Shown here piece after piece: positions 27,301-39,300 of a stretch of 64,000 bases of DNA (positions are counted from its first letter, which is position 1; each line of letters opens with the position of its first letter). The translations under genes and the position numbers were made by a program. Source of the stretch: Catajapyx aquilonaris (Eukaryota); the NCBI GenBank assembly GCA_000934665.2, contig KZ538162.1, positions 1-64,000 of the forward strand. Direction: 5' to 3'. The notes beneath the pieces were generated by a model. That model ran no database searches. It saw nothing but the letters and a program-made list of their open reading frames with translations, and had not been told where the DNA came from.

Positions 27301-28868
27301 GGGTGGCCCACTCCAGCTTAAAAGGACCCACTGTCAGATGATTATCCACATGCAGCACCCACACACAAGACTTGACTCGCGTGAGCCCCCGAGTTCTCCG
27401 GAATACGATTTATTGATTCCGGCAAATTACTGTCCCACAGAACTTGTCAGAAACTTTCCGTGCTCCTCGTGCTTAACTGCACATCAGCCTCTGCTGTCTG
27501 CTGCCTTCAGCACAAGGGAAATTATCGCCCATTGGAGACGCCCACCTCGCGCAGGTACTACAAGAAGTGGGCTTTCTACCCCTAGCTTTAATACATGCTT
27601 CACAAAAGCCCCCGGTTCCTCGTTACACTCGCTAGTGTAGGACTGCAGCTCTCTAATTATGTAATGCTTAACTTTAAATTAATCTAGGGAGGGCCAGGAA
27701 GAGATAGAGGGAACCTAGGGAAGGAACTAATTGATCCTGCACATTTCCTTCTTTACCTTCCACCGTTTTCTACGAAAGGCTACGGCTTGCTGCAGGTAAT
27801 TCACAGCTGCCTATTCAAAGGATTCCTCTGGGGATGGAGGCGGCTCGTTTATGCATTCTAGGAATGTGTACTGAAAGGGACCGATATGCTCTCAGCACAA
27901 ACTATGAGCTTCCAAACTATATACGGGCGGTTTTGTGCTGCAGTTGGACTTTGGTTTTCACTCACAGAATGTTGCCAGCTATCTAGCTATACTGGCTAAG
28001 TAAAGGACTCCGAGTGACTTTTTTTTGTACGGGGGTCGAACTCCTAGTTGGGCATCGAATCTGCATTATAGCTATGATAATACGTATTGCTTGGAGAGGA
28101 CATTCCGTGCACAAGTTAATTCTCCGGACTGTAGGGGCGAAAAAATTATAGTTTGAACCAGCTCTACTTGTAATTAAAAGCCGGTTCGGAATTTCAGTAA
28201 TAACATACTGCGTAAAGTGTACTATATGAAACGGTGGAAAAATATAATAAATTATTAATTCCAACTCCTGCACATACTCGTAGTCAAGTGTGACATTATT
28301 GACTGAACTCTTTCTGCTAAAATATTTATTTACGCGAATTCATCAACCGTCACAAATACTACATTTTTAAAAGTTCCAGTACTGCACGCTCTTCACGTCG
28401 TTATTAAAAATTTGCAGGGTCTAGCAAAATTCCATGTTTGTTAATCACAACGTATGCTCCACCGAGTAATTGCACAAGTTTGCTTTGACTATAGTAACTC
28501 ACGCAGGCAAGCACGGTACAATACTGGTTCTGAAATTGAAATAGAGTTATTTTCCTATACAGTGTGGTGGGCATGTGTTGTTACGGTTATAACAATAATT
28601 ATTATTTTTCATTATAATTACGAATAATTAAGCCCGGACCGTGATTTGGGTCATTCCTAAAAATATGCAACAGACTTCTTAAATGAAAGGCTCTCCAACT
28701 GACACGCTTTAATACAATGCTATCAAAATTATGACATTCTGAATCGAAATCCCAAACCAACGCATAACATCCCTAAAATTCCCTTTAAAGTAGCTAACTT
28801 GCAAAACCGACTAGCCTTATGCAGTTAGTTATTCGAAATTCATGCAGCATTTTGAGCACTGCACCAGC

Positions 28869-28916
28869 CTTCTTCTTCTTCTTCTTCTTCTTCTTCTTCT
28901 TCTTCTTCTTCTTCTT
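28869..28916. repeat. (CTT)16 microsatellite
   Basis: Uninterrupted trinucleotide run; it explains the poly-F/L/R stretches in the ORF track. Confidence 0.95.
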
Positions 28917-30595
28917 CCCAAAGTCACGTGTAGCCCAGACAGAAATATTGCAACAGTTCCTCCGCCTTTTTCACATGCAAAGATTTGCGGCCCAGATTTC
29001 TTAGATCTCCATTTGCATGACTCTTCCTTGTAAGTCACAGGGGAGGCAGGGGGTAGAAAAGGGAGAAAAAATAGGCTTGTGTGCAAGAGCCCGTATAGTC
29101 TCTCGGGGTGAAAGATGGTGACACGGCCAGTGCAGAAAGGTAGTCCCGACGACATGATAACACGGTGTGCAACCCATCCCAGGAACCAATAAGCTAGATT
29201 CAGTTTCTGCAGCATCCACCCACCGCAATTCCCGCCTCCCAAATGCATTTGTAATTCGGGACAAGGCTTTGAGTGAGTAAATCCAACCACAAATCCAATG
29301 CCTCCCCTTGCAATACCCGTAGCTTGCCAACGATTTGGCAACTGAAACCCGTGACAGCTCGACGTTGGTTCCAGACGTGGGTGAATTAATGTGCGGGGTG
29401 GCACCGTTATGTAAATTGCACCGCTGTTCCCCCAACAGAGACTTCGCATTTATGTTCTTTTGCGGGAGGGAGGGGGGGGGGGGCAAATGAAATTGAGCAC
29501 AGGTCGTAAACGCAATATTCTCTTCGGGTACTTTTCCTGCCTCATTCTCTGGGCGCGTAATATGTAACGAGATTATTGCTCCGTGCGCTGTGTGTGAGTG
29601 TGTGTGTGGCTCACCAAGTGCGTTATTATGAGACTTTAGATAACTCCAAAACGACCAGATAATTGCAGCTGATCTTTCATTTGGTTACATGAAAAAGAAA
29701 ATGCGCTCACTAATGTTATCTGTAATAACCTGTCTGCAATATTGTGGCAGTGCATCGCGTAATAATGACCCCAGCTTGTTTTCTGGCTATGACACGGATT
29801 AATATTCCATGCAATCACTGATGGACCCCCCCCCCCACAAAACGCAATTAGAATATTAGCTGGACACACTGTTCGCAACACTACCCCAGTTCTTATACAA
29901 ACAACCCGAGAAGTTTCCCCCCAAAACTTTGCACGCCACCTTCATCACACCTCAACTAGGGGTAAATATATCTTGGCGCGGAACTGTAGCAAGCGATCTC
30001 ACTTCATTTACTCATGTCAACGTTGTTCCACCTCAAGTCGACGCCTGCTGCCGAGAAACTTTCCGGCCGGTTTCACCCCCAGCTAAAAATGTTGTTTTTT
30101 TTTTCCAGCGGCTTACTGCCGCCTATGGAATACTTCCGGTTTCATTTTCATCGCATTAAAAGCCAGGTCTGATAACATCCCAGTTCTACAGTGCCGAAAT
30201 TCCCTGCGCTGTATACGAGTGCGGAAACTATACTCGAAATGAGATAGAACCTCGCGATCTTCCCACCCATATAAACCGGCCAAGAGATAGCACGCGCCTG
30301 TAGACACACGGAGACTAGATTTACGAGCCCCTAGTCACACATGAGCCGTTCATTTTCCATGTGGCCCTTGGAGGCCCCAAGTAGATAGAGTCATGGCTCA
30401 GTGAAGGATGCTGGCTTCCCCTCCACCCCCTTCGCACATGGCAATTGTACTGGGTGTAAAAAGCTCCTATCTCGATTATGGCCGGACAGGGGGACAAGCA
30501 TATGAGGGGAAGAAAATCATAGTGCAGCCATACCAAATTGGATGCACTAAACTGATGAACTGTTCATTGACCACATGATCCACATATCCGGATTA

Positions 30596-30630
30596 GCTTA
30601 CCTAACGTGAAGGAAAATGTGCAATAGTTG
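30596..30630 (-). other. Candidate recursive splice site (ratchet point) B
   Basis: Minus strand reads CAACTATTGCACATTTTCCTTCACGTTAG|GTAAGC (junction 30602/30601). Pyrimidine tract, TAG acceptor and strong donor are present; the branch point is less clear. Confidence 0.55.
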
Positions 30631-32891
30631 TATAATTTCAAGCTCATCACTACGCGGCCTACTCACCGATATTGCATTATTCATCGTTTTTAGGATGGCC
30701 CAAAAATACAGGGGGAGGGGGCGGCCCAGTATAAACATTTCAGTATGTCAAAAATGTCCCCGCGGCATACTTTTAATTCAAGATAAACGTTTCAAAAACG
30801 GTCCTGCCTTTTTGACCTCCAGCTGACAGAATCCGCTGAATAATTCAATAAGCCAATTCAGCAACCATTGTTCGATCTAGTGCAGTGCAGAGACCCTTGT
30901 CCATTAGAAAAGATGGGAGGGACAAGAGGGGAGCTACAAAAAGAGACAAAGCTGGACAGGAAGGCCCCTCTCTCTCCAAAGGCGAGATACGTGGATTCCA
31001 TTTTTCCCGCCTCTTGTCCCGCCGGAGGGTCAAACCAGAGTCTGTCGGTCCAATTCTACGAAAAGAAACGCCCCATGGCAGAGGAATCCCATTGTAGAAG
31101 AACTGATAGTTTGCCGTTTCCTTGTGCATTTCATGGGAGGGTACAGTAAAAAAGATGGAACTTGTCGGCATTTATACCAGATTAGGGTCTCCCGGATTAT
31201 TGGAATTCTAGACCCGGACACTGTGTCTCTCACTTCCAAGCTCCGATCTAGACGTGTGTTGGGTCCAGGGGGTTTTCTTCTCCTAGGATTTTACAGTTCT
31301 GGTTCCATTTTACGCCTGGCTTACTTGGGCTCGATTACTTTCACCGGAAAAAAACAGACCGTATGTGGTGTGTGGTTTTGGCCCAACTGTTGCTAATAAT
31401 GGCTTATAATAATACTATATTTCGTGCCAACCCCCGTTATTTGTTCGGGTCAAATATGACCCCCCACCTGGCTTGTCAGCAGATGGCCTTCGGTGGCCCC
31501 AATCCGGGGAAAAGGATATATTCCAGACGGGGAAATGTTTGCCTTTCGCATTGGATTTCCAACCCGAATGCCCTCCGCGATATCCACCAGGGAGCGTTTT
31601 GGGAAAACAATCCTCCCCCTTCAATCTCTCTGCGACCGCCATTTACAAAAATCCCCCTTCTGGCCTCACATTCCCCATCCGGAGTGCTTAGACAAGAACA
31701 GACGATTCTCGGACCCCGCTCACTTCAAGATTCCAAACGAGCCTCTTCTTTCGCCATTCTCCCAGGCTACTTTAATGGAACACCCTCGGCTTCCACCCCT
31801 GCCCTCCCCAATTCCACTCTCCAACCTGGACCATGTGCCTACTCTTCTAGCAATGTTCCAATTGGCACGGGGCACTCCAGATTCTCCTCTGGTCCAGCTC
31901 TATGTACCCAGTGTGTTTGTCCCTCCCTGGGTTTTCCAACTGGCTTTTCAAATGGAACAGGAGGGAGAGGGGGGGTCGGGACCATAGTTTATGAGTCATG
32001 GAAACCGCCCCCTTGAGAAATGAAACGTCATCAACGTATAGAAAACTAGGGGGAGTTTTTCATATCTGCATTGTTACGTATATCCACACTCGACTGGGGT
32101 AGCGGATTGATGGAGAGTGAAGGTAATCAGGATGTCAGATTCCAGTGTTGATGGGGGGAGATTTTTGACGTGTGTTATAGCGAGCACCTGGCATGACTGG
32201 CATTCAAATGTTCAGAAAAAAATGTTTGGATTCCAATGTAGGCCTACAGTTCAGGTACAGTTTCGAATCTGAAGGACCAAAAATGGCGGAATGCGCGAAT
32301 AAAAATTATAACCTCATCGAACTCCTGTTTGTGCAAATTTTTCCATCAAGAGGGCAGCAATTAATTAATAAAACGACTACTTTAAATCATAATATTCACC
32401 TCAGGTCTGGAGAGGTGAAGGGAAAATTTTCCAACTATGCATAATATCCACATTGTCTACTTTACACTTGGAACATCAACTAGAGTGTAATGCTAAAATC
32501 GAAGATATTATCTTAATTTGTGTCCACAAGCCGTTCCATACAATGAAACAATGAACTTTTCTAATGAGGTTTAAATGAGCTGGGCCTCCAGCTAGAAACA
32601 CACATACCGGCTATTGCTAATTTCCGGATTACAGTTCCACCTTGAATGGCCTATAAATCCTGCCATTATAAATCAGGAATACTGAAACTAGTGCATAGCC
32701 TTCCTGGGAGTTGCTCTTCCTGCCTGATGGCCAAAGTTTGGTCCCCACTTTGGGACTTTGATGAAGTTGGCCCCCCCAACTCCACTAGCAAGCAGGGGGG
32801 GGGGGGGGGCACAAAGGCCCTCTTCCAGAAGTATCTTCTTCTGGAGGTCAAGGCAGGAGGAGGACGGAGGAGCAAACCCAACACTCTCTTG

Positions 32892-32905
32892 CCACCAGGT
32901 GGCGC
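32892..32905 (+). promoter_or_regulatory. CTCF-type motif
   Basis: CCACCAGGTGGCGC matches the CTCF core CCASYAGRKGGCRS at all 14 positions. Binding is not demonstrated. Confidence 0.45.
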
Positions 32906-33119
32906 ACTAGGAGTAACGACTTAGCTGACAGCAGCCGAGTTTCCATTTAGCGGGAACTGACAGGAAGAGCAGCGCTCAGCTATGAAATAGCAGGGCCAGG
33001 AAATTTCCAGAGGAGCTGTCCGTTGATGGAAGAAGCGCCGTCTAAGCATACGAAGGAAGAGGAAATCGCTGACTCAGCGACCCCCGCAGGCCTTTATTGA
33101 ACTTGCAAAATTATGTGCA

Positions 33120-33350
33120 CGTCGGCTCCAGTCTTGACCGATACAATGTGTCGCTTAGATATACCGGAGGAAACCAACATTTTGCCTCCGTGTCCCCATC
33201 CATTTGGCCACACCACCACCATGCTTTCCCCAACTTGCAAGAGTTTCCGTACTCGGTGCAAACTTGCGGCAATCGAACCATGCCGTCTGCAGCCGTTTCC
33301 CAACAAAAGTCAACAAGCAGAGCTAACCGCTGAGGAAGAGCTGGAGTCGG
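33120..33350 (+). pseudogene. Possible decayed hAT transposase C-terminal dimerisation-domain fragment
   Basis: Frameshifted fragments in order SSLDRY, EETNIL, W.HHH, FPQLARV and RANR/LTAE.LE resemble the hAT dimerisation consensus (ELDRY...DIL.WW...FP.LA.LA...R.RL.PE.LE). Confidence 0.2.
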
Positions 33351-36300
33351 GGCCTTCACCATATTTCCTCGCATTTGATCCAGGGCATTTCAATTTCTTC
33401 CTAACGTCTCCGTGCTGACACCGGCTTGACGAATGGGGCCGTGGAGAGTGGAGGTGGAGGAAGAAGCTCCAGATCGTAGTAACCCGACGATACGAGTCCC
33501 AGTGTCTGTCTCTCAGCACAATGGAACTCGGGGCCCCCCAGTCTTTTATGAGATCGATCTTGGCAACTACGACAAATCTGCCTGAATGTGTTTCTTTTCC
33601 ATCCTTGCTTCCGAGAAGAAGACGGATCCTCTCACTGCCGCTCTGGATCGACAAGGCATAGTCCACAGCAGAGAATCTATCACCATTTTTGACATGAAGC
33701 TGTTATTGCTTCTCATAGGCCAGTCAAGCTATACTTGTGTTTGACAAGATGTCGTTTTTTATTCCCCTATTTTTATTCGACACTTGTGCAAATTAGTGGA
33801 TCAATCGGCCCCTTTACCATAAAGGAGCTTGTTATTAGGACATGCCCAAATTCTTTCTGGACGAGTAGTGATGGCTAGTGTAAATTAAAAGTGTGGTAAA
33901 CCTAGGATATTTTGTGGGCAAATGCCACAAGTGGCACACCGAGAACTCGTCACTATATGGGCGAATAGAGTCGATGGATGCACTGGGCCCCAGAACTAGA
34001 GCAAAAACTGAGTTGCCGCCAAATGTGGAAATTTTCACACTCCGGTTCTCTGGTAAACAGTGCGTGGGCCGTTATTAACACCCAATTATTATTTTCGAGT
34101 TGTAATTGCAAGGGTAATCAGTCAACACTCAGAAATGGGAGGTGTATATACACGTTATAGCTGCTCCACTCATGGTCGACAGCTTTAATCCACAAATTAC
34201 GAGATTCCATTCGCAGAAAGTGAAAGTGAAATGATAACACATTTGTACCCAGTTTGTCACGAGCATATGCAACAAAAATTGCCTTGTAAACTTTGTGACA
34301 GTAACCACGGAAACTCATTGTGTTGTTATTGCGGTGCACTTAGTAGCAAGCAACTTTATAAATGATGAAAAATACTTCTTGCGACTGAAATCTTGGGATA
34401 AGCCCATGATCCTCTGATGCTGGCAACTTGGAACAATTCAGAGCCAGAACCTCGAATGTTTGCAAGGTCTGGTAAACACGCCTAGCGGATACTTGCCGAA
34501 AACGTTTCTCTCTCCAGTGTCAGACGGAATATCCTATAGACACGCATAAATAAGGGGTATATGGTGTTGCCAAGTACAAACTACTTGTAATAGAATATTT
34601 ATGCCACACCTGGCACTGGCTCTCGTCCTTGAATTGAGCGCCCATATCATTATACACTCCGGTAAAGTGTAGCGTGCGAAGCATTACTATCGCTAAGCAT
34701 AATGGAACAGAATAACACACTTCACCAGGACGCCGTTAAAAAAATCTTAATAATAGTAATCGACCCACTTGTAACACGTCGCTCTTACCCCGAGCTTGAT
34801 ATACGAGCAATGTGTCACAATTCTCGGCTCCACAAGCTATTCTAATCTAGTCCACTAGCACGGTGACAGAAGTTTGCGTGAAACACGGGAGCGTTAAATT
34901 AATTGACCCAGATGCCATACGCACAGCAATGCATTAGGACGCGTACACGGTACGGTACAAAGTGGGCTCAACGGTGAATCGATACCATCAAGGTTTCCCG
35001 CACACCTGCACACTATAAGCAACAGACAGAGGCTTGCTTTTTGCCTATATAGGCACCCCAGAAGCACAGGCAAGGCACCTGCCAGGTATAGTAGCAAGCC
35101 CAGCTTGCCAGCTTCTGACTTTTATCTTGGGTTTTCGTGATGAAAGCTGTGAAAGAAGCCTCAACCCTGCGGACGAGGCCTCCATTTCCAACTCCCATCA
35201 TTTGCCATCCTCAGCCCCTCAAAATAGCTGCGGATATATATACCTAGAGAGCGCAGCAACTGCCTTTCTACACGCGAAACCGGTTATACTTCTCTTTGAG
35301 TCCGAGTCTGTCAACTCTCATGGAACTGTATTGCATCAAAGACACCGGCCGGATACAGTGCATTCAGAATGTTCATCCAACAGTTTGCGCCGACTATCTA
35401 TTAACTTCCTTGCACTATGTGGTAGCTTGCTATAGGGTTGGTTACAAAATCCCATTCCGGTATTGCTACAGTATATTAGAGCGGTGTCTAAGCCTCCAAA
35501 GTTGGTGTAAAGGGCTGATACCCCAAGTTCCGGCCAGTATGTGGTAGATGCCTGGAGCATCCAGAGAAAGGGGGTGATGAAACAGTGCAATCTTGAATAA
35601 TGCAAGAATGCGGTACGGCCAAGATCGTGGACCCAAGCAAGCTAGAACACCTATAGCTGAAATAGTCCAAACATGGAAAGGCAGCGGACGCCCTTCCCTC
35701 CCCCTTCGCTGCTCGGCTGCAAACACAAGAGTGCTGGTCTTGCATCCAGCAAGGCCCCCCTTCTCCCAGCCTCTTCAAGAACCCTCATTTCCCTTTTGGA
35801 ATCTTTTACGCCAAATAAATAATCCCGGGGAGCTGGGTGGAGAGGCAGGCGGAGTGGGCACCAAGTCGAGGCGCAAGGACCGCAACGACCATGCGAAATG
35901 GCGAAACGATGTAAACTGCTATGCTGGGTGCTTACGTGTGCTCCTCCTCTCCCCGTTCCCTCCCTACTTGGGAGATTCGACTATGGTGGAGGTGGGTGCA
36001 ACTGCTGTTAGGGAGCACAGCAATGGCGGGCGGGAGGGACGCCTCAAAAGAACGCCAGCTGCAGGTGGCGCCTTCATGTGCGCCCTACAGCTGTACGCGG
36101 ATCCTTAGAGTTTCCAAACAGTGCTTAGGCAAGTGCCAATATAACCCAGGAACTTTGTTGCCGCTGTTCTCCAGGTATGATTTTGTGTGTAAGAGTCGTT
36201 CATTATTCACAGCATATTGATCCAAAGCGACAGCCAAAAAGGTGGGAAAGCAGAGGCCGTACTTTTTCTAATTGGCCAATTTGCAGGCATCCAAGGTTCA

Positions 36301-39300
36301 ACCCATATCAATTGCCTTTCTAGTAAGTGTTTTCAGAAAATTCAACCCCCGACTTCTTCTCTTCCAAAACCCCAAACTGGAATTGCACGCTGCACCACCT
36401 CCCTCAACAAAGCCTCTGGATCAATTCGAAACTGAGCACAGCAATCAATGGGCACACAACAGATGCTTCTTCCCCCCTTTTTTCCCTTGGCTGCACTTAG
36501 GCTTATAATTTGGAGTGAGAATCGGAACATCGGTAAGCATCTGCAAGCGTTCTCTCTTCCTCCTGCTCTTCTTTCCCTAGCTGTTTCTGCCTCCTCTTCT
36601 TGGAGGGAGCCGTAAAGGCGATTGCTTCTGCTGCAGCCAGCAGGCAAGCCTTGAGGGAGAATCAATTAGGGCAGCGTCTAAGGTTACGCTGGCAGGAGAT
36701 GGTCGTGCGTGTTTGCCACCCAACCTTTCAGCACCGGTGCTGCAAGAGTCTAAGTTTCTCCCAGACTGAGAATGCGCACAGCTGATTTTGGTGAGAGTAT
36801 ACCGTCGAAGGCAAAGGATCTGCCTATATCCCCTGCTATAGAGTGGCAGTTTGAATACATAGAATGGGGGCATAAAGCTCTTCCTACAGTATAGTGTCTG
36901 CAAAGTCGTTATAACCAGTGAGACACGATCAAGTGAGCTGGGATTACAAATCCCGGTGCGGAAAAGCGCAATGAAGCGAGTGCTCTATCGGGATGCACTA
37001 TCAGGAAGCTGCTTTTAATCCCTAAATCTCTTCGGAGCTGTGTGAAACTCCGCCAATCCTTCCCCATCCACCTCAGGACCTGACGAGAGGGCTAATCCCA
37101 CGTGTCCATCTTTACGGATAAAAAAAGCAATTTGGGAAATGGGAAAGGAGTACACGCTGTTAATTACGAGTAGAACCAGTTGCACGGCGGTAACGTGGAG
37201 GAGTGTAGAGCAACGAATGGCCAAGCTGGAGAAGAAGGAAAAAAAAAAAACCTAGAGTATTTTTGTCCAACCCCTGCAGGACTTACGACTGCCTTCGTAA
37301 TATGGGCTAGGCAGGGTGTACAACGCACATAAAAACTTCAAAGTGGGCTGCTGACCTCTGCCACCGAGATTATCTGCAGTAATGATGATGGGATGGTGAA
37401 GAGAACCTGCTCCTTGTTGTCCCACTTCTCCCGCCATTATCGTCTCCAGCCAATCCCAAGCCGGAATTCGTGGCTGCAACCAATCAATGAGGTCCGGCCT
37501 ACTGCCGCATGGCCCATACTAGGAAGACATTTTTGTAGCGAAATGGTACAAATTCTGCATCCATCCTTCACATCAGTAGGAACCGATGCTACTTGTCACT
37601 TGTAAGCCGTACTGGTGGTGTCACGAGACTGATCCAAATCCGGCAGGGGCCTGCCACAATTTGACACTCGAATCAGACGGGTCACTTTACTAAAGCTAAC
37701 GGGCAGGGTTGGAGGACCATTTGCAACATGACTAGAAACTTTTAGGAGGCCTGCCACGGACCACTGCGTCACCTGAACACGGTTTACAGTCACCTAACAT
37801 TTTGAAGCACTTGTACCATCTCAGGATTCAACCGCGGGCTCGTCACTCGCTGAATATTGAAGGACTCAACTTGCGCAGTAGCTTGGTCAGCCTCGGGTTT
37901 TTTTTCCACGATTCTTATCAAGCGGGCTGCAAACCGCTGGAATGGAGACCTCCTTGGCCTGGGATTTAATCAGAGACCTGGCCTCCTACGGTTTGGCCTG
38001 GCCGTTTGCAAGGGGTTTGGGGTCGAGGTAAGACCAAGTAGTTTCATGCAGATTTCACCAGCATGCACTGATTAGGTCTCCTATGCGCGCTCTTTTCTTC
38101 CCGGAAACTGGGCTTTATGAATACGCTTCTAGCCGACCACCGAGAAACACCAAGAGCTAGCCCGCATAGGAAATTGCCATGGTGGCGCAGCACTATTTTC
38201 AGCTTCAGTAATAATATATTACCATATGCTGCAACAATACATGTACTGGCGACATCTTGAGTTCTAGTTTAAGTAAAGATCCAGCTCCATAAACTAGAGG
38301 CGCACATTTTCGGTATAAGAGGCGCCATAAATTGTAGGGCTTAGACTGCAAATCCCGAGTCCGACTTAATTATGGGTGGCAGTGCCGGATAGCATGAAGA
38401 ATATCTGACCCTATATGATGAACTTTGATATATGGTGAAAACATTTTCTGGCAATAGAGACGGAGAGCGAACCGAGAGGAAGGCCAATCTGCGACAGACG
38501 GCGCTTTGAATTCGACCCGAATCCCCAGTCCACTATTTCATTTGCCAGCTGTCCCCCATCTCAACTGCCAAAAAACCACTCCATTCCACCCTACCCACCG
38601 TCTTGCTATAGAGGAACATAGTCACTGACTTTTTTTCTTTTCCTGGTGAAAAGACCCTACCTCAGGTGCTATGAATCACTGCCTGTTGGAAGACTCGTAC
38701 ATCTCGGAAATGAAGTGAGAGGACAAGTTATCAACCCTGTGAATCCTCACGGACTGTTGGTGTCATCATTTTTTTTCTACCTTTTCCTGTACCGTACCCC
38801 CAACCGATGCAACCATGTCCACCGACAAGCCCTCAGGAATGGCACGATGTGACTGACTCATTTCCCCGGTCTCCTCCAACATTTTTTTCCATCCAACCCG
38901 ATTTTTTTTCTCCCCCGCCCATGAAAATTCCTTGGAGGGACGGCCTAAATGACCCGCAAGTTCCACGGTGTCGGAATGACGACGAAAGTTAGTTAGTGGG
39001 AATGAATTAGTTAGTGAACCCGAGTGCTTTTTCTATGCAGCTACTAATGGAGGAAATGCGCCACAGAGGAATGCTGCCGTTGTTTACCACAATGCTCCAG
39101 ATGAGAGCAACCCAGCCTCACATTTCTTGTTATCCAATTTTGTTATTTTTTTTTTTGGGGGGGGGGACCAACTCACACCTTCTGGTTTTGTCTCCTTGGA
39201 GACATTCCTCTCGACTCCATCTCTGACATCTTCCCTCTTCATCTCTTTGACACGGGATTCGCAATTCATGAGCTCGTCTCTCTTCTTGCATGTTATTTCT

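Noticed and set aside
28829..29449. 206-aa ORF with poly-Arg
   Set aside because: The poly-Arg stretch comes from the (CTT)16 microsatellite, and the rest has no recognisable similarity.
31363..32016. 217-aa plus-strand ORF
   Set aside because: Non-ATG start and P/S-rich from C-rich DNA, with no domain and no convincing splice boundaries.
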